DNA of 64,000 nucleotides from an uncultured Burkholderiales bacterium (GCA_964649085.1 CAZYPN010000002.1:158991-222990), one strand, 5' to 3'; positions 43,722 to 52,565 are shown, counted from the stretch's first letter. Notes: generated by a model from the sequence alone, not told the origin. Numbers and translations: made by a program.

Positions 43722-44481
43722 AGGCGCGCTGAGCCAACAAGAACAACAGCACCACCGGCGCCAGGGCCATCAAGGTGGCGGCCATCATCAGATTCCATGA
43801 CACCTGGTGAGTATCTCGGTAGAACTGCAGCCCCAGGTTGACCGTATACAGCGAAGGGTCTTGCAAATAGAGCAATGGCCCCAGGAAATCGTTCCAGACA
43901 TGAGCGATCGTCAGGACCACCATAGCCACCAGGGCCGGCTGGCTGAGCGGCAGCACCACCCGAGTCAGCACGGTAAGGGGCCCGGCCCCATCCAGTCGAG
44001 CCGCCTCTTCCAGTTCCCGCGGCAGGGCGGCGAAGGTTCTCATCAGGAACAGAATGTAGAAAGGGTTGCCCAAGAAGGAGGGCAGAATCAGCGGCCAGGC
44101 GCTGTTGACCAGGCCCAACTTCTGAAACATGACAAATTGCGGCACCATGAGGGCAGGATAAGGCACCACCAGGGCAGCCAGAGTCAGGGCCCGCAGCCAA
44201 CGCGCCCGCTGACCTCGCATGCGCACCAGAGCGTAGGCGGCCAAAGGGCAGCTCCACAGGTGGGCCAGGCTGACGGCCAGCGCCAGCAACAACGTATTCC
44301 AGGTATAGCGATGCATGGGAACCACCTGCAGCGAACGGGAAAAGTTGTCCCATTGCCAGGGGCTCGGCCACAGCTCCAGCGAGGCCTGGGCCAGCTGAGC
44401 GTCGGACTTGAAGGCCGTCAGCAGCGTCCACAACAGGGGCACCGACATGCTCAGGGCTACCAGCCCGCGCAGCAGGTTCAC
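43687..44481 (-). CDS. Carbohydrate ABC transporter permease (MalG-like, CUT1)
   Basis: EAA loop 'EAARLDGAGPLTVLTRVVLPLSQP'. Six TMs. ATGA overlap with upstream permease. Confidence 0.8.
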   Translation of the reverse strand: MNLLRGLVALSMSVPLLWTLLTAFKSDAQLAQASLELWPSPWQWDNFSRSLQVVPMHRYTWNTLLLALAVSLAHLWSCPLAAYALVRMRGQRARWLRALTLAALVVPYPALMVPQFVMFQKLGLVNSAWPLILPSFLGNPFYILFLMRTFAALPRELEEAARLDGAGPLTVLTRVVLPLSQPALVAMVVLTIAHVWNDFLGPLLYLQDPSLYTVNLGLQFYRDTHQVSWNLMMAATLMALAPVVLLFLLAQRAFTSSTVSGAGK

Positions 44482-45326
44482 AGCACCAGCTCCGCTTCAT
44501 CCTCGGAAGCCAAGCCGTCCATCCACCAGCTCAACGCGAAGGCCAGTACGAACAGCAGCAGCCCCAAAGCCGCGGCATAGCCCATGCGCATCTGTTGAAA
44601 GGCCACCTGATAGAGGTAGAGCACCAGGAAGGTGGTCGACTCTTGAGGGCCACCTCCCGTGGCCACGTAGGCGGCCGTGAAACTCTGCAGCGCAGTGCCC
44701 AGGCTGACCACCAGGTTGAACTGCAGGGTGGGGCGCAGCAGCGGCAGGGTGATGGTGGTGAACATTTGCCAGGAACTGGCCCCCTCAAGCCGGGCAGCCT
44801 CGTAGAGGGAATCGGGCAGGGCCTGGCGCGATGCCAGGAACAGCATGGCGGCCCGACCCAGGCCCCAAAACGTCATGGCCCAGAGGGCCAGCAAGGCCCA
44901 GCCCGGGTCTAACAACCAGCGCGGCCCCTGGATACCCAGCTGGGCCAGACCTCGATTGAGCAAACCGGCCTGGGGTTGAAACAGCCACATGCCAATCAGC
45001 GTGGAGGCCACTCCGGAAAGCACGGTGGGAAGATAGCACAGGGTTCGAAAGCTGCCGATCCAGGGGCTGCGTTGATGCATCAGCAGCCCCAGGACCAGAC
45101 CTCCTATGGTTTCGCTAAGCCCAAAAAGCATGGCGAAAGCGCAAGTGTTCACCAGCGATTTCAGCACCATAGGGTCCTGTCCCAGGATGACCCAGTTGCG
45201 CCCGGCATTCCAATGCGGGGTATTGATGAAGTCCCAGTCGCAAAAGCTCAGTCCCAGGGTGATGGCCAGAGGAAACAGCAGGAACAGCGCCAGGTAAAGA
45301 GCCCAGGGAGCCAGCATCCAGCTCAT
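44478..45326 (-). CDS. Carbohydrate ABC transporter permease (MalF-like, CUT1)
   Basis: EAA loop 'YEAARLEGASSWQMFTTITLPLLRPT'. Multi-TM. ATGA overlap with SBP gene stop. Confidence 0.8.
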   Translation of the reverse strand: MSWMLAPWALYLALFLLFPLAITLGLSFCDWDFINTPHWNAGRNWVILGQDPMVLKSLVNTCAFAMLFGLSETIGGLVLGLLMHQRSPWIGSFRTLCYLPTVLSGVASTLIGMWLFQPQAGLLNRGLAQLGIQGPRWLLDPGWALLALWAMTFWGLGRAAMLFLASRQALPDSLYEAARLEGASSWQMFTTITLPLLRPTLQFNLVVSLGTALQSFTAAYVATGGGPQESTTFLVLYLYQVAFQQMRMGYAAALGLLLFVLAFALSWWMDGLASEDEAELVL

Positions 45327-46525
45327 CGTCGCAGCCGCTTCTCGTGTTCCAGGCGCCGTCGCTGCTGTTCGAGCAACTCCGCCGCCGGCTTCTCGGGAAA
45401 CAGCACAGCCGCCTCATGCAGGCGCTGCAGTGCCGGACCGCCCAACTCGCCCCAGCTGCTATCGCTTTGAAAAGCTCGCGGGACCACCCGAGTCATCTCG
45501 TCCAAGAAGACCTTCTCGAAAGGGTCCTGGGCCTGCAGCGCAGCCACCTCTCGCAAAGCGGGAAGCCCCCATTGTCCCCACTCGCGGTAGCCCCGTTGGG
45601 AAGTGGCCAGCTGCAGATACGAGAGGGCCTCGGCCGGCCTGCGGCACTGGCGGGGAATGCCCAAACCTGCCCAGTAGACCATGTTGGCCCGACGCGAGCC
45701 TCGAGGAGGCGGCCACACGACCAGCTCGACCCGCGAATTTCTTCGCAGCTGAGGCAGAGGCCAGCGCCCGGAAATTCGGATGGCGGCCCGACCTTGCTGA
45801 AAATCCTGATTGCCGGCATCGAACGTGCCCAATTCGTTGGGCAGCGGCGTGATGCCCTCGCGATAGAGTTGCTGCAATCTGGCCACGGCCAGCTCTGGAG
45901 CCGCTCCACGAAATTCGAGAAACCCTCCGCCTTCGATGGCCGCCAGGTATTCCAAGAAACTGCTGCGCGGGCCCGGAACCAGCACGCCCACGTGGCCGGC
46001 GTCTCGAAATCGGCGACCCAGCTGAACCAGATCTTCCCAGCTCCAGTCGGGGGTCGGCAAGGCAATGCCGGCTTCGCGAAACAGTCGAGCATTGAGATAG
46101 CAGGCCAGCGGAGTGAAGTCTTTGGGCCACAGATAGGTGCGTCCATCGGCCGGGGCCACGCCCGGAGCCAGTACGGCCGGCAAGAACTCGCTCTGGTTCT
46201 TGGGCTCGAGCGGCATGAGACAGCCCCGACCCACGAACGACCCCAGGGAGTCATCGCCCAGATGAACCACATCGGGGGGTTGACCCGAGGCCAGCTGGGT
46301 CAGCAGCCGAGTGTAATAGTCGCCACCCGAGACGGGCTCTACCTGCACTCGCAGTCCGGGATGCTCGGCCTCAAAGGCGGCGCATATCCGATGGTGGGGT
46401 TCCAGAGCGGCCCCGCTGTCGCCGGTAGACACCCGCAAGGGCGGCGATTTCCGGGCCGGGCTGGACACACAACCGGTTAGCAGCCAGACAGGGAGGGCCA
46501 GGGCCGCGAGGAACAGCCGGGGCAT
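45323..46525 (-). CDS. ABC transporter extracellular solute-binding lipoprotein (family 1, sugar)
   Basis: Trimmed to ATG 46525. 'MPRLFLAALALPVWLLTGCVSS' is a lipoprotein signal. Length and pattern fit SBP_bac_1. Confidence 0.75.
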   Translation of the reverse strand: MPRLFLAALALPVWLLTGCVSSPARKSPPLRVSTGDSGAALEPHHRICAAFEAEHPGLRVQVEPVSGGDYYTRLLTQLASGQPPDVVHLGDDSLGSFVGRGCLMPLEPKNQSEFLPAVLAPGVAPADGRTYLWPKDFTPLACYLNARLFREAGIALPTPDWSWEDLVQLGRRFRDAGHVGVLVPGPRSSFLEYLAAIEGGGFLEFRGAAPELAVARLQQLYREGITPLPNELGTFDAGNQDFQQGRAAIRISGRWPLPQLRRNSRVELVVWPPPRGSRRANMVYWAGLGIPRQCRRPAEALSYLQLATSQRGYREWGQWGLPALREVAALQAQDPFEKVFLDEMTRVVPRAFQSDSSWGELGGPALQRLHEAAVLFPEKPAAELLEQQRRRLEHEKRLRR

Positions 46526-47243
46526 GAAAAGTCTCGTACAGGCGATTGGCGTTCTCCCTTTTCTGCTGCTGGCAGCCCTCACCGCCGGCCTGGCCCTGGG
46601 CCCGGCCCTGGCCAGTTACCAGCAACTGGCGGCCTGGGCACCTCCTTCCTCTCATCCCTGGCACTTTCCCTGGCTGGGAGTGTCGATGGTGCTCAGCTAC
46701 TTCGTCTACGGCTTTGCGCTGATTTTCATCGCCCCGCTGCTCAATTTGCTGCTGGGCGGGCGCCTCAAGCCTTACCGGGGCCCCCAAGTTAGCTGGGGTG
46801 CCCTGCCCTGGTATGTGCACGCCACCCTCACGTTGCTGCCTCGGCTCTCCTTTCTCGAGTTCATCTGCCCGACGGCCTACTTGAACTTCTACTATCGGCT
46901 GATGGGCATGAAAATCGCCGACGGCGTCACCATCAACACCACCGCCATCGCCGATCCATCGCTGATCGAGCTGGGCGAGGGAGTCACGCTGGGGGGCTCG
47001 TGCAGCATCATGGGCCACTATGCTCAGGGCGGCTTTCTGGTGCTGGCACCGGTCAAAATTGGACGCAAGGCCACCATCGGCTTGCGCGCCATCGTGATGG
47101 GCGGAGTCACCATCGGCGAGAAGGCCAAGGTGATGGCGGGCTCCTTTGTGCTGCCCAAAACCACCATTCCGGCCGGGGAAACCTGGGGGGGCATCCCCGC
47201 CCGCAAGGTCGATCTGAGCAGTCAGGAGGGCGAGCAGGAATGA
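46524..47243 (+). CDS. Membrane-anchored hexapeptide-repeat (left-handed beta-helix) acyltransferase
   Basis: N-terminal TM helices. C-terminal 'IADGVTINTTAIAD...IELGEGVTLGGSCSIMGH...KIGRKATIGLRAIVMGGVTIGEKAKVMAGSFV' is an isoleucine-patch repeat. Confidence 0.6.
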   Translation: MKSLVQAIGVLPFLLLAALTAGLALGPALASYQQLAAWAPPSSHPWHFPWLGVSMVLSYFVYGFALIFIAPLLNLLLGGRLKPYRGPQVSWGALPWYVHATLTLLPRLSFLEFICPTAYLNFYYRLMGMKIADGVTINTTAIADPSLIELGEGVTLGGSCSIMGHYAQGGFLVLAPVKIGRKATIGLRAIVMGGVTIGEKAKVMAGSFVLPKTTIPAGETWGGIPARKVDLSSQEGEQE

Positions 47244-47845
47244 GTCTCGTGATCTTGACGCGGCTGCTGGCCGTGGCCGCCATGGTGGCCATCTGGCACT
47301 GGAGCCAGGGACTGATCGGCAAGCGCGGCCTGAACAGCGAAGGCATTGGCGACAAAATTCACGACTGGATGACGCCGCTGCACCGCTTTCTCGAAAGCAG
47401 CCCGTTGGCCGTCCGACTGCTGCTGATCTCCAGTTCGCTGGGCATCGATCTGCTGGGACTGGCGGTGCTGTATCACGGCATCTTCGGCCCCACCATCGGC
47501 CCTATCGTAGGGCTGGCTCTGCTGCTGGCCTTGCGTCAATCGGCCCAATACCTGACGGCCCTGCCCCCACCCCCTGGCATGATCTGGCGCGACCCGGGCG
47601 TGCCCTCGCTGTTCGTCACCTACGGCGTGGCCAACGACCTGTTTTTTTCGGGCCACACGGCGCTGGCAGTTTTCGGGGCCCTGACGGTTGCCTCGATGGG
47701 CATTCCCCAGTTGGCCTGGGTGGCTCTGGCGGTGGGCCTCTACGAGGTGTTCACGGTGTTGGCCCTGCGCGCCCACTGGACCATGGATGTCTATGCTGGA
47801 GCGGTTACGGCCTTACTCTGTTTCTGGATCAGCCAGTCGTTCTAG
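47240..47845 (+). CDS. PAP2-superfamily membrane phosphatase-like protein
   Basis: Trimmed to Met 'MSLVILTRLL' (ATGA overlap). 'FFSGHTALA' and 'LRAHWTMDVYAG' match PAP2 motifs 2 and 3 (SGH; R...H...D). Confidence 0.55.
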   Translation: MSLVILTRLLAVAAMVAIWHWSQGLIGKRGLNSEGIGDKIHDWMTPLHRFLESSPLAVRLLLISSSLGIDLLGLAVLYHGIFGPTIGPIVGLALLLALRQSAQYLTALPPPPGMIWRDPGVPSLFVTYGVANDLFFSGHTALAVFGALTVASMGIPQLAWVALAVGLYEVFTVLALRAHWTMDVYAGAVTALLCFWISQSF

Positions 47846-47848
47846 CGA

Positions 47849-47877
47849 TTGACGCCTCGTTCACAGTGTGTTAACCT
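47849..47877 (+). promoter_or_regulatory. Candidate sigma70-like promoter for rpsB-tsf (-35 TTGACG, 17-nt spacer, extended -10 TGtTAACCT)
   Basis: TTGACG at 47849-47854. 'TGTGTTAACCT' at 47867-47877. Lies ~120 nt upstream of the rpsB ATG. Confidence 0.35.
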
Positions 47878-47884
47878 GTTGCCC

Positions 47885-47908
47885 GCTTGCCAAGGCAAGC
47901 CATTTTTT
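47885..47908 (+). terminator. GC hairpin (GCTTGCC-aa-GGCAAGC) followed by TTTTTT: intrinsic terminator of the PAP2 gene or rpsB leader attenuator
   Basis: Perfect 7-bp inverted repeat at 47885-47900. T6 at 47903-47908. Confidence 0.5.
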
Positions 47909-47994
47909 CCCTCGACCGTTCCGGTTGGCCTGAACAAGGCGGATGGTCGAAGGTAAGCAAAAACCGGGAGGACTGTCCTTTGGCTATTATCAGC

Positions 47995-48879
47995 ATGAAG
48001 CAGTTGCTCGAGGCGGGTGTGCACTTCGGCCACCAAACTCGGCGCTGGAACCCCAAGATGTCGCGCTACATTTTTACCGAGCGCAACGGCATCTACATCA
48101 TCGACCTGCAGAAGACGGTGGTCAAACTCAAAGAAGCCTTTAGCTTCGTCAAGGCCGTCGCCAAGGGTTACTTCGACTACGACGAGTACAAGATCCGCGA
48201 AGAGCAGGTCGGCAACCCCCGCCCCATTCTGTTTGTGGGCACCAAGAAGCAGGCCCAGGACACCATCAAAGAAGATGCCGTTCGCTGCGGCGAGTTCTTC
48301 GTGACCCAGCGTTGGTTGGGCGGCATGCTCACCAACTACAAAACCATTCAAAAGCGAGTGGAGCGGCTGAAGAACCTGGAAGAAATGAAGCAGGTGGGCG
48401 TATTCGACCGGCTGCCGAAGAAGGAAGTCAAGCGTCTCGAGGACGAGCGCCTCAAGCTGGAAAAGTTCCTCGGTGGCATCAAAGACATGCCCAGCCTGCC
48501 CGGTGCCATCTACGTGGTCGATCCCCGCAAGGAATACATCGCGGTGCAGGAAGCTCGCCGGCTCGGTATTCCTGTGGTGGCCATCGTCGACACCAACTGC
48601 GACCCCGATGAGATTGATTATCCCATTCCCGGCAATGACGACGCCATTCGCGCGGTGCGACTGATCACCGGCAAAATCGCCGACGCCATCATCGAGGCCA
48701 AGGCCGAAATCGAAGCCAACCTGCCCGGCGCCGAAGGCGACGGCGAGGGTGGCGACGGCGAAGGTGGCTCGGTTGAATCCTATTTCCTCCCCACCGTGGA
48801 GACCGAGACCGTGGTCTACACCACCGATGAGGGAGAAACCGAGGAAGTTCGCGTCGGCGTCTGGCGCGCGGATTCGTAG
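47995..48879 (+). CDS. rpsB: 30S ribosomal protein S2
   Basis: '[22 protein letters not shown]...IYIIDLQKT' is universal S2 N-terminus. ~15-aa insertion and acidic Gly/Glu/Asp C-terminal tail. Confidence 0.9.
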   Translation: MKQLLEAGVHFGHQTRRWNPKMSRYIFTERNGIYIIDLQKTVVKLKEAFSFVKAVAKGYFDYDEYKIREEQVGNPRPILFVGTKKQAQDTIKEDAVRCGEFFVTQRWLGGMLTNYKTIQKRVERLKNLEEMKQVGVFDRLPKKEVKRLEDERLKLEKFLGGIKDMPSLPGAIYVVDPRKEYIAVQEARRLGIPVVAIVDTNCDPDEIDYPIPGNDDAIRAVRLITGKIADAIIEAKAEIEANLPGAEGDGEGGDGEGGSVESYFLPTVETETVVYTTDEGETEEVRVGVWRADS

Positions 48880-48894
48880 AGAAGGAAGGCAAGC

Positions 48895-49491
48895 ATGTCA
48901 AAAATCAGTGCTGCGCTGGTAAAGGAACTTCGCGAGAAGACCGGAGCCGGCATCAAAGACTGTCAGGAAGCTCTCGAGCAGAACTCGGGTCAGGTGGAAA
49001 AAGCCGCCGACTGGCTGCGCCAGAAGGGCATCTCTCGAGCCGAGAAAAAGGCCGACCGCATCACCACCGAGGGCGCCGTTGGCTCCTACATCCACCTGGG
49101 TGGCAAGGTGGGCGTGTTGATTGAAGTCAACTGCGAAACCGATTTCGTGGCCAAAACGGACGACTTCAAAACTCTGGTGAACGAGCTGGCCCTTCAGGTG
49201 GCCGCCATGAAACCCGACTATGTCAGCCGCGAAGAGGTGCCCCAGGACAAACTGGCGGCCGAAATCGAGGGCTACAAGCAGGCCGCTATCGAAGAAGGCA
49301 AGCCCGCCAACATTGCTGAGAAAATCGCTCTTGGCAAGGTGGACAAGTATTTCGCCAATATCTGCCTGATGGAAATGCCCTACATCCGCGATGACTCCAA
49401 AAAGGTCGAAGACCTGGTCAAAGAGACCATCGCCAAAACGGGGGAAAACATTCGGGTCAAGCGCTTCACGCGCTACGCTCTGGGCAGCTAG
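48895..49491 (+). CDS. tsf: Elongation factor Ts (short ~200-aa form)
   Basis: 'ISAALVKELREKTGAGIKDCQEALEQ...AADWLRQKG' is canonical EF-Ts N-terminus. SD 'GAAGGAAGG' upstream. Immediately follows rpsB. Confidence 0.9.
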   Translation: MSKISAALVKELREKTGAGIKDCQEALEQNSGQVEKAADWLRQKGISRAEKKADRITTEGAVGSYIHLGGKVGVLIEVNCETDFVAKTDDFKTLVNELALQVAAMKPDYVSREEVPQDKLAAEIEGYKQAAIEEGKPANIAEKIALGKVDKYFANICLMEMPYIRDDSKKVEDLVKETIAKTGENIRVKRFTRYALGS

Positions 49492-49511
49492 ACTTAGCCC
49501 GACCCGTGAAG

Positions 49512-49542
49512 AGGCCGCTCTCCCATGAGGGCGGCCTTTTTC
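49512..49542 (+). terminator. Rho-independent terminator after tsf
   Basis: Stem AGGCCGC (49512-49518) / GCGGCCT (49531-49537) with 12-nt loop, followed by TTTTT. Confidence 0.6.
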
Positions 49543-49551
49543 ATGGGCAAT

Positions 49552-49935
49552 TCACCAGATGGCACGGGGAAAGAATCCCAAAATCTCTCGGTCCGAAGTG
49601 ACCAGAGGGAGGTGCAAACGCTCCGCCAGCGCCACCAGTACTCGGTCGGCGGGGTCACGATGTTCCCAACGCAGCTCCACACTGGCCAACCAGGTTGGCC
49701 AATCGACCGGAACGATGCGAACTCGCTGCGTCATTTCCAGCTTTTGAGCAAACTCGCGCGGACCAAGCGGTAGCTCCAGTCGACCTCGATCCACCTTGAG
49801 GGCCACCTCCCACAGCGAGATGGTGCTGACGATCAACTCCTCAGCTGTCTGCGTGCAGCGCACTGCGGCAGCCCCCAGCAATTCTGGGGAGAAACACCAG
49901 TACAGCAGAGCGGAAGTGTCCAGAATGGCCTTCAC
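49552..49935 (-). CDS. vapC: PIN-domain ribonuclease toxin VapC
   Basis: 'ILDTSALL' N-terminal acidic motif. 127 aa. Conserved D/E positions 'SLWEV', 'TSDREI'. GTGA overlap with antitoxin gene. Confidence 0.75.
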   Translation of the reverse strand: MKAILDTSALLYWCFSPELLGAAAVRCTQTAEELIVSTISLWEVALKVDRGRLELPLGPREFAQKLEMTQRVRIVPVDWPTWLASVELRWEHRDPADRVLVALAERLHLPLVTSDREILGFFPRAIW

Positions 49936-50180
49936 GGGTCAGGCCACTGGCTCAGGGTGGGCTCGTCAGGATCCTCTAGAAACCGCAGACCACCACCTCG
50001 ATAGGGAGCAAAGACCTCTTCTACGGGACGAACCCTGGCCAGGGGGACAATTTTGAGAACCGGTCGACCATGGTCTGTAACCACGGCTTCCTCGCCAGTA
50101 TCCTCCAACTCCCTCATAATCTCCAACATATGAGCTTTGAGGTGGGTTTTCGAATACACCCTGGTCATATTAATAGTCAT
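49932..50180 (-). CDS. Phd/YefM-family antitoxin (VapB-type partner)
   Basis: ORF trimmed to Met 'MTINMTRVYSKTHLKAHMLEIMRELEDTGEEAVVTDHGRPVLKIVPL', which fits the Phd/YefM pattern. An alternative start 4 codons later exists. Confidence 0.6.
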   Translation of the reverse strand: MTINMTRVYSKTHLKAHMLEIMRELEDTGEEAVVTDHGRPVLKIVPLARVRPVEEVFAPYRGGGLRFLEDPDEPTLSQWPDP

Positions 50181-50218
50181 TTTCCTGTGCCCCTGGCTTT
50201 CCTGCCGGGGGCACCGGG

Positions 50219-50980
50219 CTAGCGTGACTGGCTGCGCAGGAAGTTGCCCAAAACGTCGGCACCCGAATAAGCGTCGGTCACCTCGCCGTAGGCGTCTAAA
50301 GCCGCCTGAGCCTGAATGCGCTGGTCCTCGTTGTCGGGGTTGTCGCGCACGCTTCGGGTGTACACCAGACCGATGCGGCACTGATCCTGCACCGAAACGA
50401 CCTCACGGTGATACATCGACTCGGCTCCCAGCTTGGCCAGACGGCCGCCCAATTCGTCGGGCAAGGTACCACTGAGAATGTTGAAAGCAGAACTGAGCGT
50501 GGCCACCGCCGAACGGCACTCTTCGACCGACTGGTAGGCCTTGAGGCTGGTCTCGGCAATCAAACGCTCGCGCGGGGTGCCGTGGGCCTTTTCGGCGTGG
50601 GCAAAGGCCAGCCCGATGTGGCACTGGTCGGTGGCGCTGGCCACGTCGCGGTCGAACATCGCCTGCTGGGCCACCTGGGCCAGCACCGCACCTACGGGGC
50701 CCTGAATTCCCTGAGCGATGGTGCTCAGTCCGGCGTGCAGAGCCGAAACCGCCGAATAGGCGTTTTGCACCCGAGAGTAGGCGTCGTAAGTAGCCGCCGC
50801 AACGGCAACCTCTTCCGCCACATCGGCCTGCTGGACGATGCTGCGAGTGGCGGAAATCCCTATCGAGCACTGGTCCTGGACCGAAGCCACATTGTCGGAA
50901 TCCATATCGCGCAAGCCCTGCTGAGCCAGGCGTCGGCCCGTGGTCAACTGAACCGGTGGTGTTTGAGACGTGATCTGCAT
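50219..50980 (-). CDS. Protein composed of three ~75-aa internal repeats (unknown family)
   Basis: Repeats begin 'DSDNVASVQDQCSIGIS', 'FDRDVASATDQCHIGLA', 'YHREVVSVQDQCRIGLV'. Each is followed by an 'A(Y/L)(D/Q/K)AY..V......' helix-like segment. Confidence 0.5.
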   Translation of the reverse strand: MQITSQTPPVQLTTGRRLAQQGLRDMDSDNVASVQDQCSIGISATRSIVQQADVAEEVAVAAATYDAYSRVQNAYSAVSALHAGLSTIAQGIQGPVGAVLAQVAQQAMFDRDVASATDQCHIGLAFAHAEKAHGTPRERLIAETSLKAYQSVEECRSAVATLSSAFNILSGTLPDELGGRLAKLGAESMYHREVVSVQDQCRIGLVYTRSVRDNPDNEDQRIQAQAALDAYGEVTDAYSGADVLGNFLRSQSR

Positions 50981-51114
50981 AAGCCCTCCCAAGTGCTTGA
51001 TGAGACTATCAGAGGGCTGCCGGGCGGAAGATTGCGGAAATGTAAACCCTGACCAATCGGCCAGTTCCCCTACCCCCTGCGTTCCGCTAGCCTGATGAGG
51101 AAGGGCAGGTTTCC

Positions 51115-51990
51115 ATGAACATTCCCGAGTGGAGTCGCCGAGGGGCGCAGCTGGCAGCTCAGACCGCCGAAAAGGTGGTGGCCATCCAGTCTGGCAAGAA
51201 CCAAGCCAGCGGCTGGCTCTACAGCCCCACTCAGGTGGTCAGCGTAGAGCACATCCTGGTTCGAGACAGCCCCCACCAGGTGTTCCTGCCCGATGGCCGC
51301 AGCCTGGCCGCTCAGACCTTGGCAGTAGACGAAGGGCTCGACCTGGCTTTACTGGTTCTCGAAGAGGAAGTGGCCCTGCCCGAGCCCATCGTCGGGAGAC
51401 CTGCCGAGAGCTTGCTGCCCGGCGAGTGGGTCATGGCCGTAGCCCGCTCGGCCAGCGACGGCCTCGGGGTGGCTGCCGGGGTCCTCTCCTGTGCTTCAGG
51501 CCCCTGGACCAGTTGTAGGGGAGGCCAGGCCCAGCACTTTATCCAGCCCGACCTGAACCTCTACCCCGGCTTCAGCGGAGGGCCGCTGATCGACGCCCAG
51601 GGCCACTGGATCGGCCTCAATACCCGGGGCCTGTCGCGTTACCAACCGATCACCCTGAGTCTGGCGGACGTCCAGGACGTGCTTCAACGACTACAAAGCG
51701 GCCCACGGGCCACCGCCTACCTGGGATTGGGGTTGCACGGCGTGGAACTGAGTGCCGAACTCGTCGGTGCCATGGTCGTCAACCTCGATCCCGACTCTCC
51801 GGCCGCCCGGGCAGGCATGTTGCTGGGCGACATCCTGCTGCGAATCGACGGCGTAGACACCCCCGGAACCGCCCCTGTGCTGGCCCTGTTGAAGCAGCTG
51901 TCCCCCGGACTCCAGGTGGAGGTTGAGGGGGTTCGGGCGGGAACTTCGATCCGATGGATCGTCGAACTGGCAGAAAGGAGGGCCACGTGA
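51115..51990 (+). CDS. Trypsin-like serine protease (S1C/HtrA-like) with C-terminal PDZ domain, no obvious signal peptide
   Basis: Catalytic triad context 'VEHIL' (His), 'DLALLV' (Asp), 'GFSGGPLID' (Ser). PDZ-like 'GAMVVNLDPDSPAARAGMLLGDILLRIDG'. SD 'GAGGAAGGG' upstream. Confidence 0.7.
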   Translation: MNIPEWSRRGAQLAAQTAEKVVAIQSGKNQASGWLYSPTQVVSVEHILVRDSPHQVFLPDGRSLAAQTLAVDEGLDLALLVLEEEVALPEPIVGRPAESLLPGEWVMAVARSASDGLGVAAGVLSCASGPWTSCRGGQAQHFIQPDLNLYPGFSGGPLIDAQGHWIGLNTRGLSRYQPITLSLADVQDVLQRLQSGPRATAYLGLGLHGVELSAELVGAMVVNLDPDSPAARAGMLLGDILLRIDGVDTPGTAPVLALLKQLSPGLQVEVEGVRAGTSIRWIVELAERRAT

Positions 51991-52562
51991 ACCAACCTGT
52001 TCGGGTCTATGCCGTGGCTTCCAGCGAACCTCAGCGTCGCGCTCTGGAAAGGCTGGTGGGAGCGGCTCCGGGGTTAAGCAACCTCGGCAGCGGCAACCTC
52101 AACCGCCCGGCTCCGCGTCAGGCTGACGTGGTGCTGGCCGAAGTGCTGCCCGGAGAAGCTCCTGCGGCGCTTAGCGAAGGCCCGCCCTACTGGCTGGCCC
52201 TGCTCGACGACCCCCAGGCCAGCTGGGTGCAACGCTCGTTGGGCCGGAACCTGCGGGGAGTGTTGCCTCGGCGCAGTTCTGAAAGCGAAATCGAGGCGGC
52301 CCTGACGGCGGTAGCCCAGGGGTTGGTGGTTTCTCATCCCGAACACCAGTCGCGACCCCAGGCCACCCCGCTTTCGCAACGCGAACAGGAGGTTCTCGAG
52401 TGCCTGGCTCTGGGGCGCAGTAACCGGGATATCGCCGTCGATCTGAATATCAGCGAGCACACCGTCAAGTTTCACCTGAACTCCATTTTCCAGAAGCTCA
52501 ACGCCAGCAACCGCAGCGAGGCCGTCTCTCGCGGCCTGCGTCAGGGGCTGGTTCGCGTTTGA
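51987..52562 (+). CDS. LuxR/GerE-type HTH regulator with atypical (pseudo-)receiver N-terminal domain
   Basis: C-terminal 'LSQREQEVLECLALGRSNRDIAVDLNISEHTVKFHLNSIFQKL'. N-domain is REC-like but the acidic pocket is degenerate. GTG start overlaps the protease stop (GTGA). Confidence 0.6.
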   Translation: MNQPVRVYAVASSEPQRRALERLVGAAPGLSNLGSGNLNRPAPRQADVVLAEVLPGEAPAALSEGPPYWLALLDDPQASWVQRSLGRNLRGVLPRRSSESEIEAALTAVAQGLVVSHPEHQSRPQATPLSQREQEVLECLALGRSNRDIAVDLNISEHTVKFHLNSIFQKLNASNRSEAVSRGLRQGLVRV

Positions 52563-52565
52563 GCC

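Noticed and set aside
43661-44500. Alternative 279-aa ORF for the second permease
   Set aside because: The frame 43687..44481 contains the EAA loop and MalG-like TM pattern and gives a clean ATGA junction. The other frame is Ala/Gly/Arg-rich.
47887-47994. Upstream extension of the rpsB ORF (track start 47887)
   Set aside because: Universal S2 N-terminus begins at Met 47995. The upstream part overlaps the hairpin/U-tract leader.
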